DNA of 64,000 bases from Eledone cirrhosa (taxonomy: Eukaryota): positions 182,466,001 to 182,530,000 of the forward strand of contig OZ024742.1 of assembly GCA_964016885.1 (NCBI GenBank). The letters are read 5' to 3'. Both the position numbers and the translations under genes were made by a program. Below, piece by piece: positions 12,943 through 25,977 of this stretch. Numbering within the stretch: the stretch's first letter is position 1; each line of letters begins with the position of its first letter. The notes below the pieces were generated by a model that saw nothing but the letters and a program-made list of their open reading frames with translations, ran no database searches and was not told the DNA's origin.

Positions 12943-15900
12943 ATGGCCATAAGAGTAGGAAGTTTAAATGTTCGTGGCCTGGGGTCGCCCTGGAAGCAAG
13001 GTCACTTGCTCAACGACCTCAAGTCACTAGGAATGGATGTAATTGCCATCAGCGAGACCAGAATTTCCGACACACGCGCACTGGCGCCGATTTTCGACGA
13101 TTATCAGATCTTTGCATCTGTTAGTCGGCCGGGAATGGGAGGTGGAGTGGCTGTGCTGTTTAGGAAATGTCTGGATCTCGAGGTAAGGTCAATCTTCCGG
13201 GATCCTGACGGAAAGTTGGTGGTCCTGGACGTGAGCAATGGCGAAGGTGGTGCCTTTAGACTGGTGGCCGTCTACGCCCCTACTGGGGCCGGTCGGCCGG
13301 ACTTCTTTAGGCGCCTGGAAAACTTTCTGCTTACGTCTCGCCCTTTACTGTTAATAGGGGATTGGAATGGCATCTTAGAAGCACGCTGGGATTGTGTGGG
13401 AGTATCTGATAGGAGCGGGGGGTGCAAAAGCCTCAAGTACCTGATCAGCCAGTTTCAACTGTCTGACAGGTACCGACTAGATTTAGCCTAATGCGCCAGT
13501 ATGGACCTGGACCAATCGCATAGGGTCATCTAGATCGTACATAGATAGGATTTTCATTAGGAAAAGAGATAGAAATAGTGTAGGATGTCCACATTTTAAA
13601 ACGGTTGCCTATTCAGATCACAAGCTTGTGATCTGTATGGTCGACCTAGATAAGACACGTAGGTTAGGACCTAGCTACTGGAAGCTAAACATGTCGTTTC
13701 CGGCACGTAAAGCTTACAGGGACCGGGTCAACAACTTAGTTAAGCAAAAGTTGACAGGGGGGGTTGTCAACAACAGGTGGTGGGGGGCTCTCAAAAGAGA
13801 GATTAGAGCAACCTCGATAGGATTTAGCAAAGAAGTAGCAATAGAGAAAAATAGAAAGGAGGAGGGGCTGATAGCTAAGTTAGACGAGGCTATTTGTAGT
13901 GGCATTGCAACAGACGTGCTAGCGGCGAGAATGGCACTAGACCATTTCTTCAATGCGAAACACGAAGGTTGCATTGTCAGAGCTAAGGCGCGTGCTCTGA
14001 GGAACGAGGGAACCAAAGCTGCCCGATGGGCTCGCTTTGCAGAGACGCAGCGTGGAAATAAAACCACAATTCTGTCTTTGACGGATCGAGATGGACACGA
14101 ACTGAGCGATTCCAAGCAGATGTGTGAGGCCTTTCGCCAGCACTTTGCTCGATTGTTCGGGAGGATGGGTGAGTCGGAGACGGCGGCGGACTTCAGTCCC
14201 TACCTCGTCGGCTTGCCACGCCTCTCGACGGCCGACGCTGAGCGCTGCGAAGAGCCGATAACATCAGTCGAAATTCAGGACGCCCTTGTCGGCTGCTCGA
14301 GTCGCAAGTCACCCGGTTTGGATGGTCTGCCCTACGAGCTTTACGTAAATATGCCAGACTTGTTCTCCGATCTCCTCGAAGCGCTCTACTGCAACTGGCA
14401 GCAGAACGGGAGCATTCCCAGTTCTGTGAGCCGTGGCGTAGTGACGCTGATAAGGAAAGACGAGAACAAGAGGGACACACTAGATAATTTCAGGCCCATA
14501 ACCCTGCTCAACACAGAGTTTAAGATTTTGGCCAAGGTGTTAGCGAAAAGGTTGGCGCTTGTCGTCAAAGATTTGGTTGGGGAGGCGCAAACTTGCGCAA
14601 TCCCGACCAGGTCCATACACGACAACCTCCACCTCATGCGATACATCATAGAGAGGGTTGGGTGCAAACCTGGCTTCGGTGGGGCTCTGATCAATTTAGA
14701 TCAATCGAAAGCATTCGATAGGGTCGACCATCGGTACTTGGAGGCTGTCCTCGAGGCAGCTGGCTTCGGCCCCGTCTTCAGAAGCTGGATCGCTGCAATG
14801 TACAGCGGCATCTGCTCGGTGGTCAAAGTTAATGGCCACCTCTCGGAACCGTTTCAGATCTCTCGATCGGTCCGTCAAGGGTGCCCTCTCTCCTCACTTC
14901 TGTACGTATTGACTCTTGAGCCTCTACTGCGGAAGCTGGAGTTGTTGCAGGGCATCCCGCTCGAACCGGAACGTAGAAAGGCTGCGTCCGCTTATGCGGA
15001 CGACATCACCGTGATGGTGTCGGACACCTCGGAAATCGAGGTGATCCGCACCCATTTGGAGGAATATGAAAGGTTGACGGGAGCAAAACTTAACCCGGAA
15101 AAGTCGGTGGGCTTGCAGCTCGGCACCTGGAGAGGCAAGTCCATGCCGTCCAACAGCGTCGTTGGGCGCTGGACAGACGGACCGGTAAAGTTGCTCGGGG
15201 TTTGATTCGGACCAGACCTCCAGGTGGATAAGAATTGGGACGAGGTGACGAGCAGGATAGCCAACCTCACCCAGAAATGGGCTGAGAGAAAGCTATCACT
15301 GAAAGGGCGGGCGGAGGTGGCGAACGCGTACATCGCGTCCGTCATCTACTACCGCCTGACCGTCGTGCCTTGCCCCCGTCCACGCCTCGCCAATTTGGAA
15401 CGGCTCCTTTTCAAATTTTTGTGGAGGGGACGGGTCCCGTTGGTGAGGCGGTCCATCTGCTGCCAGCACCCTCTTCGTGGAGGGCTGGGCATGCCGTGGC
15501 TAATGATGCGCAGACATGCGCTGAGGCTGCGACATCTCCAGATATTTTGCCTAAACGGTGAACAGGTGTGGTCGCCGTTTGTTAGACGGGCCTTTCCGCA
15601 GCTCATCTCTTTGACTGAGCTGCAGTCCTGGGTCAAGAAGAGACCGAGACTGGGCGACTGGCATCTGGAATGTTGCCAGGCGCTCACTGCACTCTGCAAG
15701 GTGGGCAATGCGGTCAGTGGAACTTCCACTCAAGATTTCTATAGAGGATTAGTGGAGGGCAAGTGCGATGACGTACTAGGAGAGGCTCTAGGCGTCAACA
15801 AAGTAGAACTGACCAGTATGTTCCGGAGGACTTTCGAGCCGGGGACGATGGATAACTTCCAGAAATCCCTCGCTTGGCAGTGCTACCGGGGGGGGGGGCG

Positions 15901-16368
15901 CTGCCGGTTCGGGATAAACTCTACAGGCACGGAAGTGCTGTCAGACGAACCTGCCCGAGATGCGCGCAGAGCGACGAAACCGTTCTGCATGCACTCGTCC
16001 AGTGTCCGTGCATTGCTGACTTGTGGGGTTATGTCGAACAGCTATTGTCGCGTGTAGAACGGATCCGGCTATCGTCCGAGTCCATAGTGAAGATTGACCC
16101 GCCGCCTTCTTTTGGTCAGGAAGGGCAGGCAATTTTCCTCTGCCTGGTGGCAGTAGCGAAAGAGGTTGCATGGTGGACCAGGTTGAAAGGACTGAAGACA
16201 GACACTTTTCTCTTCGGCCAATCCCTCATCAACTTCTTCAAGTTTCACTTGGAAAGGAAGGTGAGGGTGGAGAGAGAAGTGCTGCCCCCCAGTACATTTA
16301 CTGAAAGGTGGGTGAATGTGGCAAGAATGGCCCGCGTGAGTGGGCCTACTCTGATCATGCGCCTGTAG
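12943..16368 (+). pseudogene. ORF2: apurinic-like endonuclease plus reverse transcriptase, disrupted
   Basis: APE motifs SLNVRGL, ISET, VYAP, IGDWN, YIDR, SDH. RT motifs KSPGLDG, FRPITLLN, DQSKAFD, RQGCPLS, YADD (~14992). GGLG and C-terminal CPRC..ETVLH....C. Frameshift near 13490, TGA at 15203-15205, frameshift in the G-run near 15887-15898. Confidence 0.93.
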
Positions 16369-16898
16369 GCTGGTGAATTCGAGAAGGAGAGGGGTGCCCT
16401 TCCCGGGTGCCCTAGGAGCGTCGGGTGGCTCAGGACTGGTGGGGTGCTTGAGTCAACCCTGGGTGGTGATCCCTCTTATTGGGGAACTTTCATTGTTGTA
16501 TTTTTATTGTTATTTTGTTTTTTTGTTATTTATACTTACTCGATCTCTATGTAAACCCCCACTGTCCCTGTCTATTGTGTTGTCCCCTATATGTCGGCCC
16601 TTGTGGCCAATAAATGAAATCATTATTATTATTATTGTTTTCTATGTTGTTGTGGTTATCTTTTATTATATCTATGGATTTTACTTTGTATTTGTATGAA
16701 CTGACCCCAACTTTCACTCAGATCTCAAGAGACAATAATCTATATCTTGAGCATGATAGCTAGGTTGTTTGATAACTGCCATGTTCTGCGGAAAAATGTA
16801 GTTAGGTGATGAGGATTTCTGCTTTAATTATGTGCTTAGGGTTCTTGCGGAATATTGTTCTAGAAAATGTCTGTCATCTATTATTATTTACCAGTAAC

Positions 16899-17690
16899 GG
16901 CGGATTGGTAGTATCGGTAGAGGGTCGGACGCCATGCTTTCCAGCATAGTTACGTCCCTTTATGATCTGAGTTCAAATCCCGCCGAGGTTAACTTTGCCT
17001 TTCATCCTTACGGGGTCGATAAAATAAAGTACCAGTAATGCACTGGGATAATTTCTGGCCTTGTGCCTAAAGTAGAACAATTATTTACCAGTAACGCACT
17101 TGGGTCGATTTAAATGACTGTTCCTTCCCCCAAAATTGCTGAGCAAGTACCTAAATAGGAAACCATTATTATTACGGGGTCGATAAAGTAAAGCACCAGT
17201 AATACACTGGGGTAATTGCTGGCCTTGTGCCAAAAGTAGAAAAAATTATTATTATGATCAATATTATAATATTAGGGTGGTGGATTGACAGAATCGGTAG
17301 AGTGCCGGACAACATGCTGTGTAACATAGAGTTACGGCCCTTTACATTCTGAGTTCAAATCCCGCCGAGCTTAGCTTTGGTTTTCATCCTTACGGGTCCA
17401 TAAAATAATGTACCAGCAACGTACTGGATTCAATTTAATCGACTTTTCCCTCCTGCCAAATTACTGGCCTTGGGCTTATATCAATATTGTTAGGGTAGTG
17501 GATTGACAGAATCGGTAGGGCACCGGACAAAATTCTGTGTAGCATAAAGTTACGGCCCTTTACGTTCTGAGTTCAAATCCCGCCGGGCTCAATTAAATAA
17601 TGTACCAGCAACGTCAATTTAATCGACTTTCTCCTCCCCCCAAATTGCTGGCCTTGTACCTAAATCTGAAACCGTTATTGTTATAGGGCA
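16899..17690 (+). mobile_element. Tandem array of tRNA-derived Nin-domain-like SINEs (about five full or partial copies)
   Basis: A-box-like TGG(C/T)AGTATCGG, B box GAGTTCAAATCC, core TTTGCCTTTCATCCTTACGGGGTCGATAAAATAAAGTACCAG, tail GGCCTTGTGCC..AGAAAC(ATT)n. Confidence 0.85.
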
Positions 17691-17695
17691 CTTGC

Positions 17696-17976
17696 CCTGG
17701 TGGTCAGGGTCACCGTGGCTTTTTTAATGGGCTTTCTCCACGATGGCCCTCGGAAGTCTCCCCCCTATTGGGGAATTTTTCATTGTTTCTTTTTTGTTAC
17801 ATCCTCTGTTTTTTTTTTTTACACGCAGAAATGCCCATTCGTACCGTCCTGTATTGTCCTGTATTGTCCTGTACCGTCCTGTATTGTCCTGTATTGTCCT
17901 GTATTGTCCTGTACCGTCCTGTACTGTCCTTAATGTCTTACTTTGTGTAAACTCTTGTGGTTAATAAAGAAAGCAT
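17696..17976 (+). mobile_element. Tx1-type 3'UTR fragment containing a 10 bp tandem repeat (GTATTGTCCT)n
   Basis: Has CCCCTATTGGGGAA..TTTCATTGTT (compare 16471-16498), ends CTTGTGGTTAATAAAGAAAGCATTATT, and lies just after a SINE ATT-like tail. Confidence 0.65.
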
Positions 17977-18303
17977 TATTTATTTTTTTTTTTTTTTTGC
18001 ATTAATTATTGCGTGTTTTAACAACATTTTCAAACTCATATTTTTATCAAATGTTTCTGTCTATTGTATAATGTCCTTGTATGTACCCTAGTAATATATA
18101 ACATTGCCCAGTCCCACATGCATTACAACCCCTTTCTTTACGATATTCATAGTATTCCATATGCTAGCCCTTGTAGCTAATAAAGAAATTATTATTGTTA
18201 TTATTGAATTTTTTTAAATATTCATGTTTTCTTTGTTCCTTTCTTTTACATTTGCAATTGAATTTTACATAACACAATTTTATTCTCTTCTCCTTGTTTC
18301 TCA

Positions 18304-18418
<115 letters not shown>

Positions 18419-18771
18419 TTGTCTCTCCCTTTCTCATTCCCACACTCTTCCTCTTTCTCTATTTCTGTCGCTAAAACAGTTTTTGCTTCACTTTTTCTCT
18501 CACTCTATTGTTCAATCTGTCCTTTTCTCTCTCACACACACACTCTCTCTCTCTCTCACGCTCACTCTATCTCCCTCTCAATCAGCCTCTCTCTTATCTT
18601 CTCTCTCTTCCCGTCCCTCTTATTTGCTATGTGGTTGATGTCTTTTTAAATGCAATAATAATTGCGATGTTTTTCCTATTATGTCGATATAGTTTTAACA
18701 GCTATTCCTTAGTGTCTTTTACACACTTTCATATTTTTTCTCTTTCATTTATATATTTATTATCATTATTA

Positions 18772-18830
<59 letters not shown>

Positions 18831-19014
18831 GGTGGTGGCGGTGGTGGTTGCTGATTCTTTTACTGTCTTTTGCGTCTCAACAAGAATCCTAGTTCTTTTT
18901 AAAGTACAGTTGTTGAAGGAGGACAATTTCAGATTCGAGATCTACTGGCTCAAGAAACGCTGGAATTATCATAATGTTGTTAGGTGGCATTGAAAGTTTC
19001 AATCTAATCTTAAG

Positions 19015-19380
19015 TGGTATTATTTGTAGCATAGACTTATGGCCTTCTACGTTCTGAGTTCAAATCCCGCCGAGGTTAGCTTTGCCTTTCCTCCTTACGG
19101 GATCGATAAAACAGAGTACCAGGCACACACTGGGGTCGATTTAATCGACTTTCCCCAGCCAAAGATTAATGGCCTGGTGCCTAATCATTATTTTGAAAGT
19201 ATTGGTATAGGATCGGACACAATGTTTTGCAGCATAGTTACGTCCCTTTACAGTCTGATTTCAAATCCCGCCGAGGTTAACTTTGCCTTTTATCCTTACG
19301 CGGTCGATAAAATAAAGTACCAGTATTGCACTGAGGTAATTGCTGGCCTTGTGCCAAAAGTAGAAACAATTATTATTATG
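19015..19380 (+). mobile_element. Two tandem copies of the same Nin-like SINE
   Basis: Same B box, core and (ATT)n tail. Confidence 0.8.
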
Positions 19381-20245
19381 GATCCAGCATAGCCGATTGG
19401 TTACGAACTTCAATGCGCAATCATTTGGTCCTGGGTTCGATCCCATTGCGGAGCATCATGTGCAAGTCTAATTTAACGTAACCTCGGGTCGAACCATGCT
19501 TCCCGAGTAAAATCAGGTAGACGGAAACTGCTTGTATACCTGTCGGATTGACTGGATTTGTAATTCAGAGTCAGCCTTGTCACATACAGAGTAACGTTGA
19601 ATCCTCTGGAGAATTGCATTAATGGTAAACGTGTTTATCGAATGCTCAGACACGTGTACGCTAACTTCATGAGAAGTCTGTCCCCTCTTGGAACAATTGG
19701 AACGCTCACCGTCGCAACCGATGAGGGTTCATTCATTTATTATTAGTAGTAATAATTTTATCTTTCTATTTTGCCGTTCAAAAATCCCAGGAAATCTGTA
19801 TGTATTCATTGCTTCATAAATGCTTTTTCTACATTCAATTTAGATTTAGATTTTGTATAAGTGTCTACGCTTTATTATATTATGGTATATTTTTAAATAT
19901 ACTCTTCACACAATTTAATTCCGAACCAATTCTTACCCACATACTTGCACAAATAATATGCAATGTCAATGTATGAATATGGTATGTACGCGTCTATATA
20001 TACTTCCTTGTGTGCATATGCGTGCACATACGCACGCGTGAGCGCACACACACACGCGCACACATGCACACACCTATACACACACATAAATATATATATA
20101 GCCGTACTTTCGTTTTCCATTCACTTCCTTCAACATTTTATATATTTAGAATTCATTTTTTTACGCAATCTCTTAAAAATATTTACGTGTTTGTTTCTCA
20201 ATGTCATTATATATTTATTTATTTCAGTTTATATATATATATGTA

Positions 20246-20313
<68 letters not shown>

Positions 20314-20572
20314 TGTGTGTGTGTGTGTGTGTATTTGTGTGTATAAATATATGTATTTATAAATATATGTAAATGTGTGTGTGTATAAATAAATGTAAAT
20401 ATATATGAATATGTATATATACATGTATATATATGTATATATATATATGTATATATATATGTATATATGTATATGTATGTGTGTATATATATATATATGT
20501 ATGTATACGTATATGTATATATATGTATATATATATGTATATATGTATTCATATATATGTATATGTATATAA

Positions 20573-20629
<57 letters not shown>

Positions 20630-20867
20630 CATATATATATATATATACATATGAATAAATATATGTATATATATGTATATATATATAAATATATATGCAT
20701 GTGTGTGTCTAGGCATTCATACACACACATATGTATGCATTATGTGTAAGTATTGATTTTATTTAACATTAATGAGGTTCTTGTGTTATTTATTTTGATT
20801 CCATTTTGATTCTGTTTATATATTCCACTTATTCTGAATTCTAATCATACAGATACATTATATATGC

Positions 20868-20988
<121 letters not shown>

Positions 20989-21085
20989 GATATATATATA
21001 TCCATACTCTCATAAGCGTGAACCTAATAAACTCTTATTTGTACTGTTTTGTTTCCGTTTAAGTTTTAACTATATATATATATAT

Positions 21086-21166
<81 letters not shown>

Positions 21167-21671
21167 TATGTATACGTACACACATATATGTATACATACG
21201 TGTACAGTACTATGTATATATATACATACATGCACACACATATATATGTACATATGGATTTACTGACCATTTATTATAAGTTTCTACTTTTTGGCACAAG
21301 GCCAGCAATTATCCCAGTGTATTACTGGTACTTTATTTTATCGACCCCGTAAGGATGAAAGGCGAATTTAACCATTTATTATAATGCTCGTAAATCCATA
21401 CGTACATATATATATGTGTGCATGTATGTATATATATATACATACTACTGTACGTCTGTATACATATATGTATGTACGTATACATGCTTATATTTAAGTA
21501 ACAGCCGTACTAAGAGTGAGAAATGAAATTTCGTTTCATTTTTTCCATTTATATATATATGTATGTACATTAAACTATATACACATTATATATATATATA
21601 CACACTATATACATATACACATTATATATACAATTATATATGAATATATATATATATTATATACATATACT

Positions 21672-21739
<68 letters not shown>

Positions 21740-21899
21740 ATGTCACTGGACCGAGACCTTTGGCGGTACTCAGTAATAGCGAAGACCCGCCTTACCTAAA
21801 TACAAAGTAAAACCTACTACAGTCAGTAGGCATCTCTAACAAAATACACCCCCGTCCCACCACCCCCACCCCATCCACACCGCCCCTTTCAATGTAAAG

Positions 21900-22184
21900 T
21901 TATGTTGGTGCCACAACATCCAGGCCGAAACAAATGAGATCGTGTAGGTGACACGACAAAAAAACACAGTCCACGCTGTAATGTGGCCGTGTAGGCAACA
22001 CGGTAAAAACCTGCCAGCCCCACACTGTAAATGTGGCTGGTGTTAGGAAGGGCATCCAGCTGTAGAAAACCCGCCAGACAGTCCTATACGAGCAAGACAA
22101 TCACTCTTGCCTCAAGTGGGAAAACTCCCGTCCAAACCCATGCAAGCGTGGAACACGGACGTTAAACGATGATGATGATGATGA

Positions 22185-22187
<3 letters not shown>
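21900..22187 (+). mobile_element. SINE-like repeat with AGGAAGGGCATCCAGCTGTAGAAA core and GGACGTTAAAC(GAT)n tail
   Basis: Characteristic 3' end with (GAT)n. Duplicate at ~26690-26973 and a degraded tail at ~9315-9350. Confidence 0.65.
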
Positions 22188-22261
<74 letters not shown>

Positions 22262-22522
22262 AACGGAAAAAATGAAACGAAATTTCATTTCTCACTCTTA
22301 GTACGGCTGTTACTTAAATATAAGTATGCATACGTACATACATATATGTATACAGACGTACTGTAGTATGCATACATATATATACATGCACACATATATA
22401 TATATGTACGTATGGATTCACATTTATTATAATGCTCGGTGTGTTTGTAAACAAACATCCCGAATTAAGCCGTACAGCGTCTAGCAACCATCGTTGCTCA
22501 TTTGTTCAACACTGACAAAGGA

Positions 22523-22565
22523 ACGCTGTACTAGTTTCAAGCTTATTAGCTATCGTCAGCAACGT
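22523..22565 (-). ncRNA. Canonical minimal type I hammerhead, family F
   Basis: ACGTTG-CTGACGA-T-AGCT(AATA)AGCT-T-GAAA-CTAG-TA|CAGCGT. Confidence 0.82.
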
Positions 22566-23109
22566 ATACCTTCCTGCCAGATGGTTGAACGTCTGAAAGT
22601 ATATACTTTCCTTATGCATATTAACGGCTGAGCAGCCTAATTTGCATATCGAGTGAATTAATCGGCCGGGGTACCGAAAACGATAAATGGAAAAAATGAA
22701 ACGAAATTTCATTTCTCACTCTTAGTACGGCTGTTACTTAAGTATAAGTATGCATACGTACATACATATATGTATACAGACGTACAGTAGTATGCATATA
22801 TATATATATACATACACGCACACATATATATATATGTACGTATGGATTCACCGAACATTTATTATAATGCTCGGTGTGTTTGTAAACAAATATCCCGAAT
22901 AAATAAACATGTTTTAACGGTCTATTCTCCGATTTCTTACTTTTCCACGTGCTTACGCTCTGCTAACTCTCTAGTCCACTAAATATTAACACTTCGAATA
23001 TTTAATACTGCCGGCACTACTATCGAGCACCTTTGGCATACGCTACTTGGCAAATAACTATATGTATCACCTATCCTCCCCTTTTTTTCTCTCTCTCGAT
23101 TTGTAAATA

Positions 23110-23201
<92 letters not shown>

Positions 23202-23360
23202 CAAAGGAATTGTGGTAAGGAACCAGATGGACCATAATGCACCAGAATACTCAATACTTAGGGTAGTAGAGTGGGAATAGGAAAAAGTATGACCCCGACG
23301 GCAGAGCTCAAGCCGTTTCGATGGCTATTTATGAGCTCTGCCGTCGGGGTCATACTTTTT

Positions 23361-23393
<33 letters not shown>

Positions 23394-23601
23394 TACCCTA
23401 AGTATTGAGTACTCTGGTGCGTTATGGTCCTTACCACAATTCCTTTGTTATATATATATATATATGTAGTTGTTATATAGTAAGGTGTATTATTGGTTGT
23501 GTCAAACGGTCCAATAACATTTTTGTAAGCAATATTAAGTTCTCCGCGCTTTTGTATATCTCCAATTCCATTTATGGGAACAATGTAGAACGGAGTATTT
23601 G

Positions 23602-25103
23602 TATCAAAATAAAGATCCGTAGGCATGGTATAAATTTCCAATCACACACTCAGGTAGTTAGACAGCGAAGATCGTTTGCGCACTTACAAACTGTACTCGG
23701 TCTGTTTCCACAGAGTTTTCACAGCTGAGTGCACATTAGAATATCTAGTTAGTAAATAGTTAGAAAGATTACACACTCAGGTAAAACTGATTACGCGCAT
23801 TCGCCATTACTTTAGGATACCCTAACCACTGAGTTCTCTCGTTTAGGATATAGCTAGGCGTATTACACACTCAGTTAAGACTAATTGCGCTATCTATACA
23901 TAACCCGGTTTCTTTAGACACTGAGTTCCCATAGTTATTACTGGTCACGTTCCTATCGATTGAACACTACACTAGGTTTTAATCCATGATCATCTAACCA
24001 TGGAGTGCTCACGGTTACAGATTGGAAAATAATACTTACACACCATTAATGGGCCTACACACATTCTCTGGGTTTTGCTATTTTTTGTTATTTTATTTTG
24101 CTTTCTGTGTTGTATAACACACTTCCACCACTCAAACACCTATCTTAAAAGCCCAAGGGCCCATATGACGGGAAATCGCACATACTGACACCTTAACTTA
24201 AGTACCCAACCCTACACAGAGCCTCTTGGTGGCCTACATGGCGGTTGCTTGCACGCACAGGTTTGGGGATTCAGATTCTCAATGGGACAACGGCACATAC
24301 TGAGGTCGATATGAGCTGACTACTTGCTTTTCAGAGGATGTGTATATACCTAAACATACACTTTTTTGGACGATACGGATGTGTAAATACCATAACATAC
24401 ACTATTTGGAGATACGGATGTTACATTTCAATCTATACACGTATAGCAGAACATTGAACTGAACTTACTTGCGTGCGTATCGGGTTGCGGTTGACCCAAT
24501 TTTTCCGATTTACATCGTCAAATTGAGATTTGACCAATATAACATTTGTTGTTTTGTAAACTAACTTTCCATGAATACTATGTTGGTATATTTGTATTTT
24601 TCTTTTTTCTTTAACCTCGTGTCGGTGTGTGTGAGTGTGTGTGTACTCACTCACACTACTGTGACCGTCTATAGTTCTACAGATTTGAGGCTATGTTGTA
24701 TATGTATATATATTTTTTTTCTTTGACCTCGCGTCGTGTATGTGTGAGTGTGTATGTACCTACTCACATTAACTGTGACCGACTGTAATTTTACAGATTT
24801 GATTGATGTCGAGCGTCTTTTACAGCTATTGGGAGATAGAGACTTGATAGTTTTATGACCCTAACTGAAGACGATAGCAGTCGCTGTGTTCTGACTGCTT
24901 GATCTTCATATGAGGGACTAAACTCTGTGAGTGAACACCGTTAATTTTCTCCCTCATATCAAGGATTTGAAGACAATTCATTTTTACCTGACGAGATCAG
25001 TGATAATCCATCATGGCTACACGATCGATCTATCTCTTGTTGAAACATGTGTAGTGATTAAAATGATTGGAAATTTATACCATTCCTTCGGATCTTTATT
25101 TTG

Positions 25104-25105
<2 letters not shown>
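23602..25105 (+). mobile_element. 1.5 kb non-coding element with ~42 bp inverted termini and a 3' hammerhead (PLE-derived?)
   Basis: 23602-23644 is the reverse complement of 25064-25105 (TGATTGGAAATTTATACCAT..CGGATCTTTATTTTGATA). Duplicate at ~28336-29840. Confidence 0.6.
24978..25066 (+). ncRNA. Type I hammerhead with enlarged domain II, family G
   Basis: TTAC-CTGACGA-47 nt structured insert-GAAA-CATGTG-TA|GTGA, with outer TCATTTT/AAAATGA pairing. Confidence 0.6.
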
Positions 25106-25137
<32 letters not shown>

Positions 25138-25176
25138 ATATATAAATGCCCGTGTGTGTGTGTATATATATATGTA

Positions 25177-25253
<77 letters not shown>

Positions 25254-25353
25254 ATATATATATATAAATTGTATGCATTAAATTTAGCTCTGTACTTACA
25301 TAGAGCACTCTCCACTCCTATGACTTTTTCAATTTTCAACGGTAACTTCAATA

Positions 25354-25408
<55 letters not shown>

Positions 25409-25866
25409 CTGTGTGTATGTATGTATTTATGTATATATACATCTTATTCTCTATCTCTCTCTCTCTTTATGTATATGTATATATGTGTGTGTGTATGTGT
25501 TTGTGCGTGTAGTATGTATTTCTCTCGCCTCTCTTACTCGCCTCTCTTACTCCGTCCCCTTTCTTTTTTAACGTCACCATATCCCTCTTTGATTATATCT
25601 ATTGAAGTTTTGTAGTTGTTAATATTGCTAACCCCCTCGCCTTTCTTATCCTAACTGCTCTTTTATTTCTCCCTTATTTCTCTATTTCCCTGTCTTGAAA
25701 TCTTCCTTTATCTAAGTTGTTGACATTTATTCTATGCTCACTTTCGCTTACATCTCTTATTGTCCTTGCTATTTTAATTTACCCCATCAATCAATCAATG
25801 TATCTCTCTTTCTCTTTTTCTCTCTATCTCTCTCTCTATCTCTCACTCACTATCTCTCACTCACTA

Positions 25867-25977
<111 letters not shown>

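Larger units (their letters stand above)
10793..16621 (+). mobile_element. Near full-length L1/Tx1-clade non-LTR retrotransposon inserted in (ATT)n
   Basis: GC-rich island in AT-rich DNA. 5'UTR, ORF1 with CCHC knuckle, ORF2 with APE-RT-Cys motif, 3'UTR ending GCCCTTGTGGCCAATAAATGAAATC. Flanked on both sides by (ATT)nG (10771-10792 and 16622-16637). Confidence 0.93.

Noticed and set aside
13714-16171. Antisense ORFs within the LINE
   Set aside because: Shadow frames of a GC-rich coding sequence.
16899-17000. tRNA gene (A and B boxes)
   Set aside because: No cloverleaf. It is the head of a multi-copy SINE.
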